Source of the DNA: an uncultured Algibacter sp.
Lineage (GTDB): Bacteria > Bacteroidota > Bacteroidia > Flavobacteriales > Flavobacteriaceae
Direction: 5' to 3'
DNA: 64,000 nt
Assembly (NCBI GenBank): GCA_937958265.1
Contig: CALGNX010000004.1
Coordinates: 2,063 to 66,062, forward strand
The position numbers were made by a program, and so were the translations under genes. Under the pieces are notes generated by a model. The model did no database searches. It had not been told where the DNA came from and was given only the letters and a program-made list of their open reading frames with translations. Shown one piece after another: positions 39,429 through 50,047 of the stretch. Positions within the stretch are counted from its first letter, which is position 1; every line of letters starts with the position of its first letter.

Positions 39429-40223
39429 ATGAAAATTGCAATAATAGGAACGGGTAAATTAGGGAGTTCGATAGCTAAAGGGCTTATTAAAAATAAATCA
39501 TTTACATCGCTATATTTAACCTATAGGAGTATTAAATCTGTAAAAGATTTTGAGCATATTGAGAATGTAATTTTAACAGATAATAATGCGCTAGCAATTG
39601 CGGAATCTGATATTGTGCTTTTTGCGTTACAGCCGAAACATATTGATGGTGTTTTGGAGGCTGTAAAAGCTAAAATAACGAAAAACCATATTGTTATGTC
39701 TGTTGCTGCAGGTGTTGATACGGCTAGAATGGCGAATAGCATAGGTTCGGATAAAAAAATAATTAGAGTTATGCCAAATACTGCAATTTCCATTGGCAAG
39801 TCCATGACGTGTATTGCGGCTAATAAGGCTGGGCAAGATAGTATTCCTTTGGCTCAAGATCTTTTTAATCAGTTAGGTACTACCTTGGTTATGGCTGAAG
39901 ATTTATTGCAAGCGGGAACAGTTATTTGTTCTAGCGGTATTGCGTTTTGGATGCGCTTAATTAGAGCGACTACCCAAGGTGCTATTCAATTGGGTTTTGA
40001 GGCCGATGAGGCTAACGAATTAGCAACGCAAACGTGTTTGGGCGCTGCTAGTTTGTTAATTGAAACAGGAAAACATCCTGAAGAAGAAATAGATCGTGTA
40101 ACTACGCCTAGTGGTTGTACAATTCAGGGTTTGAATGAAATGGAATACCAAGGATTAAGCTCTGCTTTAATACAGGGTATTGTTGCATCTTTCGAGAAAA
40201 TAAATGAATTAAAAACAAGTTAA
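39429..40223 (+). CDS. proC: Pyrroline-5-carboxylate reductase
   Basis: The N-terminal Rossmann segment is IAIIGTGKLGSSIAKGL. The C-terminal VTTPSGCTIQGL is the P5CR signature. Confidence 0.9.
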   Translation: MKIAIIGTGKLGSSIAKGLIKNKSFTSLYLTYRSIKSVKDFEHIENVILTDNNALAIAESDIVLFALQPKHIDGVLEAVKAKITKNHIVMSVAAGVDTARMANSIGSDKKIIRVMPNTAISIGKSMTCIAANKAGQDSIPLAQDLFNQLGTTLVMAEDLLQAGTVICSSGIAFWMRLIRATTQGAIQLGFEADEANELATQTCLGAASLLIETGKHPEEEIDRVTTPSGCTIQGLNEMEYQGLSSALIQGIVASFEKINELKTS

Positions 40224-40224
40224 A

Positions 40225-41373
40225 ATGCCATTATTTAATGTATACCCATTGTATGATGTGACTCCAGTTTCTGGAAAAGATGTGCATGTTTATGATGATA
40301 AAGGAACTGAGTATTTAGATTTATATGGAGGCCATGCTGTAATCTCTATTGGCCATGCGCACCCTAAATATGTAGAAGCCATAACCGAACAGGTAGCAAA
40401 GTTAGGGTTTTATTCCAATGCTGTGCAAAATCCATTACAACAAGAGCTGGCTTGTAAATTAGAGGCTTTGTCTGGTTGTAAAGAATACGAGTTGTTCTTG
40501 TGTAGCTCTGGTGCTGAAGCTAATGAGAATGCTTTGAAGTTAGCGTCCTTTAAAACGGGTAAATCTAGGGTGTTGGCTTTTAAAAACGGATTTCATGGCA
40601 GGACATCGGCAGCTGTAGCGGCCACAGATAATTCTAATATTATTGCGCCTATAAATGCGCAACAGAAGGTTACTATACTGGACTTAAATGATATTGATGG
40701 TGTTAAAAGAGAGTTGGAGAAAGGTGATGTTTGTGCTGTAATATTAGAGTTTATTCAAGGTGTTGGTGGTTTGGATCAGGCTACGGGTACGTTTTTTGAA
40801 GCGGTAGATTTGCTTTGTAAAGCTAATAACACAATGTTTATTGCAGATGAGGTACAGTCTGGTTATGGGCGATCGGGTAAGTTTTTTGCGTTTCAGCATT
40901 ATAATGTTATACCAGATATTATATCTATTGCAAAAGGTATGGGGAACGGTTTTCCTATTGGAGGTGTTTTAATACACCCACATATTGAAGCCAAGTATGG
41001 TATGTTAGGGACTACTTTTGGCGGTAACCATTTAGCTTGCGCAGCCGGTTTAGCTGTTTTAAATACCATTGAAGACGAGGGTTTGATTGATAACGTTAAT
41101 GCCATGGCTGCTTATTTTATGACCTTAGCAGAAACTATTCCGCAGGTTAAGAAAATTAAAGGGCGTGGTTTAATGTTAGGTTTGGAATTTGATTTTGAAG
41201 TTAGTGAACTTAGAAAAAAGTTAATTTATAAGCACCATGTGTTTACCGGTGGAGCATCAAACAAAAACGTATTGCGAATCTTACCACCATTAACGGTGAA
41301 AAAAGAGCATATTACTATGTTTTTTGATGCTTTAGTTAAAGCCTTAGAGGAAGTTGAATTGTCTGTTACATAA
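40225..41373 (+). CDS. argD: Class III aminotransferase (N-acyl-ornithine aminotransferase)
   Basis: LDLYGGHAVISIGHAHP, DEVQSGYGRSGKFFA and the PLP-lysine motif SIAKGMGNGFPIGG are present. Confidence 0.88.
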   Translation: MPLFNVYPLYDVTPVSGKDVHVYDDKGTEYLDLYGGHAVISIGHAHPKYVEAITEQVAKLGFYSNAVQNPLQQELACKLEALSGCKEYELFLCSSGAEANENALKLASFKTGKSRVLAFKNGFHGRTSAAVAATDNSNIIAPINAQQKVTILDLNDIDGVKRELEKGDVCAVILEFIQGVGGLDQATGTFFEAVDLLCKANNTMFIADEVQSGYGRSGKFFAFQHYNVIPDIISIAKGMGNGFPIGGVLIHPHIEAKYGMLGTTFGGNHLACAAGLAVLNTIEDEGLIDNVNAMAAYFMTLAETIPQVKKIKGRGLMLGLEFDFEVSELRKKLIYKHHVFTGGASNKNVLRILPPLTVKKEHITMFFDALVKALEEVELSVT

Positions 41374-41376
41374 AAA

Positions 41377-42570
41377 ATGAATACATTATTACCTATAGAG
41401 ACTAGAAACGCAGTATTGCTTAACATGGCAATACTACTAGAGCGCGAGCGACAAGCTATCATTGCTATTAATAAGAAGGATTTAGACGCTTATAAAGGTG
41501 AGGATATCTCGATGTTTGACCGTTTGAAAGTAGATGATTTTAAGGTGGATGAGATGATAAAAGCGGTTACTCATTTGGCGTCTCAAAACGACCCTGTTGG
41601 TGTGGAGCGTTTTAGTTTTAAACACGATAATGGTATGCAGGTTTACAATAAAACAGCATCTTTTGGATCGGTTTTAATTATTTATGAATCTCGGCCAGAT
41701 GTTACGGTTGAGGCTGCAGGAATTGCTTTTAAATCGGGGAATAAAATTTTATTAAAAGGAGGGAAAGAATCGTTACAATCCAATTTAAAAATTGTCGATT
41801 TGTGGCACGAAGCTTTAAAAAACTACAATGCTAGTACTGCATGGATTGAATATTTACAGTTTAACAGAGCAGAAACTCAAGCATTTTTAGAAAAACCAAC
41901 ACAAAAAGTAGATTTAATAGTGCCACGCGGGGGTGAGCGTTTAATTGCTTTTGTAAAAGAACATGCTAATTGCCCTGTAATTATTAGTGGTAGAGGGAAT
42001 AATTTTGTTTACGTACATAAAGAAGCAAATTTGGATATTGCTTTAGATATGATTATGAATGGAAAATCTAAAATATCGGCTTGTAACGCAGTGGATAAAA
42101 TACTAATAGATGCCAACCTTGCTAATAAAAATGAATTTATAGAGGCCTTAATTTTAAAATTGAAGGCTGCTAATATACAGGTTTTAGGAGATGCTGATAT
42201 TGCAAAAAAGCATAGCGTTCATGCTATTGAGTCTGATGAAATTTGGTATGAAGAATTTTTAGATTATAAAATTTTAATTGGCGAAATAAATTCTAATCAA
42301 GATTGTATTGCTATGATAAATAAATATTCTGGCGGCCATAGTTCTGTAATTGTAACAGCTAATAACCAAGAGGCTAAACTATTTATGGAAAATGTGGATA
42401 CGGCTGCAGTGTACCATAACGCATCTACACGGTTTACAGATGGTGGCCAATTAGGTTTAGGCGGCGAGTTGGCTATTAGTACAGATAAATTACACCAACG
42501 CGGACCTATAGGTTTACAACATTTGGTTACAAATAAGTGGTATATTCACGGAAATGGGCAAACAAGATAG
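41377..42570 (+). CDS. proA: Glutamate-5-semialdehyde dehydrogenase (gamma-glutamyl phosphate reductase)
   Basis: IYESRPDVTVEAAGIAFKSGNKILLKGGKE, CNAVDKILI and NASTRFTDGGQLGLGGE are present. Confidence 0.9.
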   Translation: MNTLLPIETRNAVLLNMAILLERERQAIIAINKKDLDAYKGEDISMFDRLKVDDFKVDEMIKAVTHLASQNDPVGVERFSFKHDNGMQVYNKTASFGSVLIIYESRPDVTVEAAGIAFKSGNKILLKGGKESLQSNLKIVDLWHEALKNYNASTAWIEYLQFNRAETQAFLEKPTQKVDLIVPRGGERLIAFVKEHANCPVIISGRGNNFVYVHKEANLDIALDMIMNGKSKISACNAVDKILIDANLANKNEFIEALILKLKAANIQVLGDADIAKKHSVHAIESDEIWYEEFLDYKILIGEINSNQDCIAMINKYSGGHSSVIVTANNQEAKLFMENVDTAAVYHNASTRFTDGGQLGLGGELAISTDKLHQRGPIGLQHLVTNKWYIHGNGQTR

Positions 42571-42654
42571 TTGGCTAAATATTCTTTTGGATGTTTGAAA
42601 ATGAAGCACGTGTTAATCTTGTATATTAATAAAGGTAAGCCAAGTTTAAAGTAA

Positions 42655-43416
42655 ATGAAGAGAAAACGCATATTATTAAAAATAGGCTCTAACACATTAA
42701 CTAAAGAAACCGATAATATCTCTAGAGGTAAAATTGAGGATATAGCAAATCAAATTGCAAAACTTAAAGATGCTTACGAGTTTATTATTGTGAGTTCTGG
42801 CGCTATTGCTGTTGCAAAACAATTTGTAAAATTAGAAAGCAAGCAAAAAGGTGTTTTTGTAAAGCAAGCGTTAGCTTCTATTGGGCAACCTCATCTGATA
42901 AGAATTTATCAAGAAATTTTTAGAGAATATGGATTGTTAAGCTCACAATGCTTATTGTCCTATTCAGATTTTGAAAAAGAGCAAAGTAAAACTAACATTG
43001 TTAATACTATAAATATATTAGTTAAGAACAATTATATTCCTATTATTAACGAAAATGATACGGTTGCTACAGATGAAATTCAGTTTGGTGATAACGATAA
43101 ATTAGGCGCTTTAACAGCGTCGCTTTTAAATGCGGATTTGTTTATAATGGCAACTAATACTAACGGGGTTTATACCAAAGCATCGTTTAAAAGCGGTGTA
43201 CCTGAAACTATTAAGGACGTTTTGGATTTTGATGTGTTAAAAGGTGAAGTTGTTAACTTAAAATCAACACATGGTAGTGGTGGTATGGCATCTAAAATTG
43301 AAGCCGCTGCCGTAACTAAAAAAGCAAGTATTGAAACTTGGATAGTAAATGGTTTGAAAGATGATTTTATAATTAACGCTATTAACGGTAAGGTGCCGTT
43401 TACTAAGATAAAATGA
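42655..43416 (+). CDS. proB: Glutamate 5-kinase, short form without a PUA domain
   Basis: IGSNTL, INENDTVATDEIQFGDNDKLGA and the 253-aa length fit the short form. Confidence 0.88.
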   Translation: MKRKRILLKIGSNTLTKETDNISRGKIEDIANQIAKLKDAYEFIIVSSGAIAVAKQFVKLESKQKGVFVKQALASIGQPHLIRIYQEIFREYGLLSSQCLLSYSDFEKEQSKTNIVNTINILVKNNYIPIINENDTVATDEIQFGDNDKLGALTASLLNADLFIMATNTNGVYTKASFKSGVPETIKDVLDFDVLKGEVVNLKSTHGSGGMASKIEAAAVTKKASIETWIVNGLKDDFIINAINGKVPFTKIK

Positions 43417-43476
43417 TTAAACAGCCTATCGGAACAAGTAATTTAAATAGTGTTTTATAAATTAAAGAAAATTAAA

Positions 43477-44418
43477 ATGAAAAACTACACATCTATAAGT
43501 GATATAGATAACATTAATTCTTGGATAGAGGCTGCTAAACATTTAAAAAAAAATCCGCTTAAAAACAGTGAATTAGGTAAAAATAAAACTTTAGGTTTAT
43601 TGTTTTTTAATTCAAGTTTACGAACACGTTTAAGCACTCAAAAAGCAGCTTTAAATTTGGGGATGAATCCTATTGTTATGAATGTTTCTGGCGATGCATG
43701 GGGTATTGAATTTGGAGATGGCACAATTATGAATGGCACCACTGCAGAACATATTAAAGAGGCTGCAGCCGTTGTTTCTCAATATTGCGATATTATTGCG
43801 GTTAGGGCATTTCCATCACTTACTAACAAGGAAAAGGATGAAAGTGAGCATGTTTTAAATGCCTTCTCAAAATATGCCTCTGTACCTATTGTAAATATGG
43901 AAAGCGCTACAGGACACCCGTTGCAAGGTCTTACAGATGCTATTACTATAGCAGAACATACCAAATTGAAAAGACCAAAGGTTGTTTTAAGTTGGGCACC
44001 ACATATAAAAGCATTGCCGCATGCTGTGGCAAATAGCTTTGCGCAAGCCATGCAAAAAATGGATGTCGAATTTGTAATTGCAAATCCAGAAGGCTACAAT
44101 TTAAATCCTGAAATTATTGGCGATACACCAATTTTTAACAACCAAGCGGAAGCCTTTAAGGATGCCGATTTCGTTTACGCTAAAAACTGGAGTTCGTATG
44201 AAGATTATGGGAAAGTAGTAACTACAGATCCTAGTTGGATGATTACTAATGCAAAAATAGGCGATGCTAAATTTATGCATTGCTTGCCAGTACGCAGAAA
44301 TGTTGTGGTGGAAGATGCTGTTTTAGATTCTGATAGCTCTTTAGTAATCCAGCAAGCAAATAATAGAACTTTTGCTGCACAATTAGTCCTAAAAAAAATT
44401 TTAGAATATTTAAAGTAG
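43477..44418 (+). CDS. argF': N-acyl-L-ornithine carbamoyltransferase (N-acetyl- or N-succinyl-ornithine transcarbamylase, argF' type)
   Basis: FFNSSLRTRLS replaces the OTCase STRTR motif. HCLPVRRN and overall similarity to the Bacteroides/Xanthomonas AOTCase/SOTCase family are present. I chose the ATG at 43477 over the GTG at 43450. Confidence 0.85.
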   Translation: MKNYTSISDIDNINSWIEAAKHLKKNPLKNSELGKNKTLGLLFFNSSLRTRLSTQKAALNLGMNPIVMNVSGDAWGIEFGDGTIMNGTTAEHIKEAAAVVSQYCDIIAVRAFPSLTNKEKDESEHVLNAFSKYASVPIVNMESATGHPLQGLTDAITIAEHTKLKRPKVVLSWAPHIKALPHAVANSFAQAMQKMDVEFVIANPEGYNLNPEIIGDTPIFNNQAEAFKDADFVYAKNWSSYEDYGKVVTTDPSWMITNAKIGDAKFMHCLPVRRNVVVEDAVLDSDSSLVIQQANNRTFAAQLVLKKILEYLK

Positions 44419-44514
44419 AGTAAGTATATCTAAAAGGTTTTAAAACATTACAACTTAAAAATAATTATAGTCTTTAGGTTTTAAATACTTTCGGGCTTTT
44501 AAATAAAACTGATA

Positions 44515-45291
44515 ATGGAAAAATTATCCGTAGTAAAAATAGGCGGTAATATTATAGAAGATGAAGCTACATTAAATGCATTTTTAAAATTATTTTCTAA
44601 CTTAGAAGGTAAGAAAATTTTAGTGCATGGTGGAGGTAAACGAGCCACGAATATCGCTTCGAAATTAGGTATTGAGTCGCAAATGGTAAATGGAAGACGT
44701 GTTACCAATGCAGAAACTTTAGAGGTTATTACTATGGTTTATGGCGGTTTAGTAAACAAAAATATAGTTGCTAAATTACAAGCTTTACAAACAAACGCAA
44801 TTGGATTAACAGGTGCAGATATTAACAGCATTACATCTAGAAAACGACCTGTTAAAGATATCGATTATGGATTTGTTGGCGATGTAGAGACTGTGGCGCA
44901 CCATGGTATAGATAAGTTAATTCAAGCTAATATCATACCTGTATTTTGTGCTATTACTCACGATGGTAAAGGCCAGCTTTTAAATACCAATGCAGATACC
45001 ATAGCATCTCAGGTAGCAGTGGGAATGAGCAAATTGTATGATACCTCTATTTATTATTGTTTCGAGTTAAATGGTGTATTAAAGGATATAAATGATAAAA
45101 ACTCTGTTATTAAACATATCGATACTAATGGCTATAAAACTTTATTGGAACAAAAAATAATTTCAGATGGTATGTTGCCAAAACTTGAAAATTGCTTTGA
45201 TGCCTTGCATAATGGCGTTAAAAATATTAATATGGGAAATACTGCCATGTTAACGCAATCTGATAATAATTTTACAACTATAACTTTGTAA
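44515..45291 (+). CDS. argB: N-acyl-glutamate kinase
   Basis: VVKIGGN, LVHGGG and NTNADT motifs are present. Confidence 0.9.
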   Translation: MEKLSVVKIGGNIIEDEATLNAFLKLFSNLEGKKILVHGGGKRATNIASKLGIESQMVNGRRVTNAETLEVITMVYGGLVNKNIVAKLQALQTNAIGLTGADINSITSRKRPVKDIDYGFVGDVETVAHHGIDKLIQANIIPVFCAITHDGKGQLLNTNADTIASQVAVGMSKLYDTSIYYCFELNGVLKDINDKNSVIKHIDTNGYKTLLEQKIISDGMLPKLENCFDALHNGVKNINMGNTAMLTQSDNNFTTITL

Positions 45292-45292
45292 T

Positions 45293-46360
45293 ATGGCTAT
45301 AAAGGATTTAACAAAAGAAGCTATAGCGCTTTTAAAAAAGTTGATAGGGACGCAGTCATTTTCTACAGAAGAGGATAAAACAGCAGGATTGATTGAGGAT
45401 TGGTTTACGCGTTATCAAATTGATTTTAAACGGACTAAAAATAACGTATGGTCTATTAATAAACATTTTGATGCAAACAAACCAACCTTGCTATTAAATT
45501 CACATCATGATACGGTAAAGCCAAATTCTGCTTACACTAACGATCCTTTTAATGCGTTTATTGAAGATGGTAAATTGTTTGGCTTAGGAAGTAACGATGC
45601 TGGAGGGTGTTTGGTGTCTTTAATAGCAACTTTTACGTATTTTTACAGTCATGAAAATTTAAAATATAACATTATTTTAGTTGCTTCCGCGGAAGAAGAA
45701 AATAGCGGTGCAAATGGTTTAAATAGTATGTTGCCAATATTACCAAAAGTGGATGTGGCTATTGTTGGCGAACCAACACTTATGAATTTAGCAGTAGCGG
45801 AGAAAGGCTTAGTCGTTTTTGATGCAGTAGTAGCAGGTACGCCAAGCCACGCAGCACACCCAAACGATAATAATGCTATTTATAATACTATTAATGCCTT
45901 GGAATGGTTTAAAGCATTTAAATTTGAAAAACCATCAAATGCTCTTGGCGATGTTAAATTAACCGTTACGCAAATTATGGCAGGCTCGCAACATAATGTA
46001 GTACCTGGTCATGTAGATTTAGTTATTGATGTTCGGGTAAACGACGCATACAGTAATGAGGAAATTGCTAAAATTTTACAAGAACATGCCCCGGTAACTA
46101 AAATTAAACCACGTAGTTTGCGGTTAAACTCGTCATCTATTCCTTTAGATCACGATTTGGTAAAGGCAGGAGTAGCTATGGGTAGGACTACTTATGGCTC
46201 GCCAACATTATCAGACCAGGCAGTGTTAACTTGTCCGAGTTTGAAATTAGGTCCAGGTGATAGTACACGCTCACATTCAGCGAACGAATTTATTTATTTA
46301 AATGAAATTGAAGAAGGTATTAAAATTTATGTTGAATTATTAAATCGTGTTATCGTTTAA
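45293..46360 (+). CDS. argE: M20-family metallohydrolase (N-acyl-ornithine/citrulline deacylase, ArgE-like)
   Basis: LLNSHHDTVKP, GSNDAGG and SAEEENSG metal-ligand motifs are present. The gene sits between argB and argH. Confidence 0.8.
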   Translation: MAIKDLTKEAIALLKKLIGTQSFSTEEDKTAGLIEDWFTRYQIDFKRTKNNVWSINKHFDANKPTLLLNSHHDTVKPNSAYTNDPFNAFIEDGKLFGLGSNDAGGCLVSLIATFTYFYSHENLKYNIILVASAEEENSGANGLNSMLPILPKVDVAIVGEPTLMNLAVAEKGLVVFDAVVAGTPSHAAHPNDNNAIYNTINALEWFKAFKFEKPSNALGDVKLTVTQIMAGSQHNVVPGHVDLVIDVRVNDAYSNEEIAKILQEHAPVTKIKPRSLRLNSSSIPLDHDLVKAGVAMGRTTYGSPTLSDQAVLTCPSLKLGPGDSTRSHSANEFIYLNEIEEGIKIYVELLNRVIV

Positions 46361-46396
46361 GCAAATAGAAAGCGAAACAAATAAACATTTTTAGAA

Positions 46397-47674
46397 ATGA
46401 AACTCTGGGACAAAGGTATATCAATCGATAAAAAAATAGAACAATTTACTGTTGGAAACGATAGAGAGATTGATATTCATATAGCAAAATACGATGTAAT
46501 AGCATCGAAGGCACATGCTAAAATGCTACAAAAAATTGGTATTATTTCAGTTGAGGAATTGGTAGACTTATTAAGTGGACTAAAAGCTATTGAAATACAA
46601 ATTAACCAGGGTACTTTTGTAATAGAAGAGCAGTTTGAGGATGTTCATTCTAAAATCGAATTTGAATTAACCCGATCTTTGGGTGAGGTTGGAAAAAAAA
46701 TTCATACCGCACGTTCTAGAAACGATCAGGTTTTAGTGGCTTGTAATTTGTATTTTAAGGACCACCTAGCAATGGTAAGAGAAAAAACTAAAACGTTTTT
46801 TGAAACGCTTTTAGGTTTAGCAGAAACCTATAAAGATAAAGTATTGCCTGGCTATACACATTTACAGGTAGCCATGCCATCTTCTTTTGGTTTATGGTTT
46901 TCTGCTTATGCAGAGCTTATTATTGATGATGTTTTTATATTAGATGCAGCCATTAAAACGGTGGATCAAAATCCATTAGGCTCAGCGGCAGGGTATGGTA
47001 GTTCATTTCCTATTGATAGAGAATTAACTACTAAGGAAATGGGTTTTGCAACATTAAAATATAATGTAGTGGCGGCACAAATGGGACGTGGTAAAAACGA
47101 ACGTACCATTGCAGCTGCTTTGGGGAGTTTAGCAAATACAATGGCACGTTTTGCTATGGATGTATGTTTATATATGAGTCAGAATTTTGATTTTATTTCC
47201 TTTCCAGACGAGCTAACAACGGGAAGTAGCATTATGCCGCATAAAAAAAATCCAGATGTGTTTGAGCTTATTCGTGGGAAATGCAATAAAATACAAGCAT
47301 TGCAAACTGAAATGATTTTAATTACTAATAATTTGCCAAGCGGATATCATAGAGATTATCAGTTAATTAAAGAGAATATGATAGCTACTTTTGAAGATTT
47401 GAAAGCTATTTTAGATATTTTTAACTATGCTATTCAACAAATAATAGTAAAAGACGTAAATATTAACGACAATAAATACAAGTACTTATTCACTGTAGAT
47501 AATATAAATACTTTAGTGTTTGAAGGGCAGAGTTTTAGAGAGGCTTATCAAAAAATTGGAGGGCAGGTACAAGACGGTACTTATGTTCCCGATACTTCTA
47601 AAAAACATACACACGCTGGTAGTATTCATAATTTGTGTTTAGATAAAATTAGAAATAAGTTTCCCAATATATAA
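46397..47674 (+). CDS. argH: Argininosuccinate lyase
   Basis: The fumarate-lyase signature GSSIMPHKKNPD, plus TARSRNDQV and GYTHLQVAMP, are present. Confidence 0.93.
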   Translation: MKLWDKGISIDKKIEQFTVGNDREIDIHIAKYDVIASKAHAKMLQKIGIISVEELVDLLSGLKAIEIQINQGTFVIEEQFEDVHSKIEFELTRSLGEVGKKIHTARSRNDQVLVACNLYFKDHLAMVREKTKTFFETLLGLAETYKDKVLPGYTHLQVAMPSSFGLWFSAYAELIIDDVFILDAAIKTVDQNPLGSAAGYGSSFPIDRELTTKEMGFATLKYNVVAAQMGRGKNERTIAAALGSLANTMARFAMDVCLYMSQNFDFISFPDELTTGSSIMPHKKNPDVFELIRGKCNKIQALQTEMILITNNLPSGYHRDYQLIKENMIATFEDLKAILDIFNYAIQQIIVKDVNINDNKYKYLFTVDNINTLVFEGQSFREAYQKIGGQVQDGTYVPDTSKKHTHAGSIHNLCLDKIRNKFPNI

Positions 47675-47877
47675 AGTATTTAAAATACCTTTGTTCTTCT
47701 AAATATAAAAAAAACTAGACTTGTTACAATGCCTTAGTTTTATGCGATAATATTAATTTGTTATTCCGTTTAAATATTTGGTAAATCAATGTATTAGAGT
47801 TTGATTTTAAATAGTAGTTACGTCGTTTAAAATACGGTTTTTAGATAACCTATTTATTATGAATAATAGCGTGTAAA

Positions 47878-49569
47878 ATGTTTCTAAAGAAAATAGATCT
47901 ATATATATTAGGTATATTAATAATTAATGTAATTCAAGCAATATTTACACCAATAATAGAGGATGAAGCTTATTATTGGTTGTTTTCGAAGCACTTAGAT
48001 TTTGGTTATTTTGATCATCCACCCATGGTGGCTTTTATTATTAAAATTGGTACTTTACTGTTTTCAAATACCACATTAGGTGTACGCTTTGTAACGATTC
48101 TTTTTTCAGTTTTTACTATAAAAATTATTTGGCATTTAATTCCGGAAACGAAAAAAATATACGCATATTCAGAGGTGTTGTTTATTAGTATTATGCTTTC
48201 TATGCCGCTTTTTAATTTGTATAGTTTTATTACCACGCCAGATACCGGCTTACTTTTTTTTTCGGCACTCTTTTTACTAGCTTTAAATAGTATATTAAAA
48301 AAAGATTCTTTTTTAAATATGTTATTTTTTGGAGCCTCTGCAGCTTTGTTAATTTATTCTAAATACCATGGCGGCATTGTTATACTTTTAGCTGTAGTTT
48401 TTAATACTAAACTCTTAACAAATTGGCGAACTTACGGCGCTGGTCTTTTTGCTTTGTTGCTTATTTTACCACATATATATTGGCAATATCAAAATAATTT
48501 TGTGACGTTTAATTTTCATCTTTTTCAGCGTGCAGGCGGTGGTTTTAGGGTTGAAAATATAGTTTATTATATTTTAGGAACTTTAGGTGTTTTAAATCCA
48601 GCTTTGGTTGTTCTTTTGTTTTTTGGATTTGTTAAAAAGAAGAAATTTTTCACTGAAAATAAGTTTTTATTCCAAATGTTTTTTGGGTTTTTACTCTTTT
48701 TCTTATTATATGCTTTTAGGTCTAAAATTGAGGCGCATTGGGTCGCCTTTTGTGTTTTGCCAATGAGTATACTTACTTATAATCTAGTAGTCTCGAATTT
48801 AGACTTGCTTAAACCAATAAAACATGTTGTAGTTATAAGTGTTTGTATTATTTTAATAGCTCGGTTTGCGGTGGTTATAGACCTGCCTTTAAAAACGGAA
48901 TTTCATAGCAGAAAAGATAATTATTATAGTACTATATCAAAATTAGCAGAAGGCAAAAAGGTAGTTTTTATTAACTCCTACCAGGAGGCTGCTAAGTTTT
49001 CATTTTATGAGAATAAACCATCTTTATCTGATAATAATGTGTTTTATAGAAAGAACCACTACGATTTACTAGATACAGAACACCTTTTTAATAAGGCAGA
49101 TGTTTTATTAGTAAGTAATTTGCCAGCTAGTTTTTATGATAGTGTACAGGTAGCCCTAGAGGATCCTATTTTTTATAGAGTTATGAATAATTATCCTGTA
49201 TTTAACAAACTTCAAGCAACACTAAATAATTATGATTTATTAAATTTTGAAGATGTAGGATCAGCGCATTTACATATTTTTAATCCCTACGATTATGAAA
49301 TAGATTTAACAAAAGAAGATTTACCGTTTAAATTTAGTATTCAAATAAGCGATGCGCATTATGAGAAGCGCTATTTTAATATTTTAAAGGTTGAAAAAGT
49401 TGAGGTTTTAAAACCGCATGCAACCACTTTGCTAAAGGTTAGCTGGAATTTACGACAAAATATACCTGTTGGGAAATATAAGTTAAAACTGCTTTTAAGA
49501 TCAGGGCGTCTTTATCCAAAGGTAATTAGTGAAACGTATGAAATAGAAATTAACCACACGAGTTCCTAA
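47878..49569 (+). CDS. Glycosyltransferase family 39 (ArnT/PMT-like) membrane protein
   Basis: The N-terminus DEAYYWLFSKHLDFGYFDHPPMVAF is typical of GT-C/GT39 enzymes. About 11 TM segments are followed by a soluble C-terminal domain. Confidence 0.8.
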   Translation: MFLKKIDLYILGILIINVIQAIFTPIIEDEAYYWLFSKHLDFGYFDHPPMVAFIIKIGTLLFSNTTLGVRFVTILFSVFTIKIIWHLIPETKKIYAYSEVLFISIMLSMPLFNLYSFITTPDTGLLFFSALFLLALNSILKKDSFLNMLFFGASAALLIYSKYHGGIVILLAVVFNTKLLTNWRTYGAGLFALLLILPHIYWQYQNNFVTFNFHLFQRAGGGFRVENIVYYILGTLGVLNPALVVLLFFGFVKKKKFFTENKFLFQMFFGFLLFFLLYAFRSKIEAHWVAFCVLPMSILTYNLVVSNLDLLKPIKHVVVISVCIILIARFAVVIDLPLKTEFHSRKDNYYSTISKLAEGKKVVFINSYQEAAKFSFYENKPSLSDNNVFYRKNHYDLLDTEHLFNKADVLLVSNLPASFYDSVQVALEDPIFYRVMNNYPVFNKLQATLNNYDLLNFEDVGSAHLHIFNPYDYEIDLTKEDLPFKFSIQISDAHYEKRYFNILKVEKVEVLKPHATTLLKVSWNLRQNIPVGKYKLKLLLRSGRLYPKVISETYEIEINHTSS

Positions 49570-49985
49570 AACATGTGTGTCATCAGTTTTTATTGTATCA
49601 CCATTTTTATTATGTGTACCAGTACTACTAAAATTTAATTAAGTAGTACTAAATATTTTACACTTTCTTGTTATAGTAACATAAAGGTAAAGGATGGATA
49701 GAAAAGTATTTGTTAAACTTGTAAAACAAGTATTTAAATATTAGAGAAGCTATGTGTTTTCATTTGTGCTAAGGTTTGAGCTTAATTTTGTCATGTTTTA
49801 CACTTTTATATTTAAAATTAAAAAACAGCAAACATAAAAATTTAATCAATTTTGTATTGTAGTTTTCTATTAAGCGTCTTTAAGTGCTGGTTGAAGAATT
49901 GACGCAAAAATATATGTTTTATTCGTGGTTAATGTTAATGCTTTTATTCTAATAAAAATGTCTTTTGGTAAATTTTATTAAAACT

Positions 49986-50029
49986 AAAAAGGCTAGAATG
50001 TATGTTTTACCATTAATTCTAGCCTTTTA
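49986..50029 (-). terminator. Rho-independent terminator 3' of the beta-helix gene
   Basis: An 11-bp perfect stem (AAGGCTAGAAT / ATTCTAGCCTT) is followed by a T-run on the minus strand. Confidence 0.7.
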
Positions 50030-50047
50030 AAGTAATCTTAACTTTTT

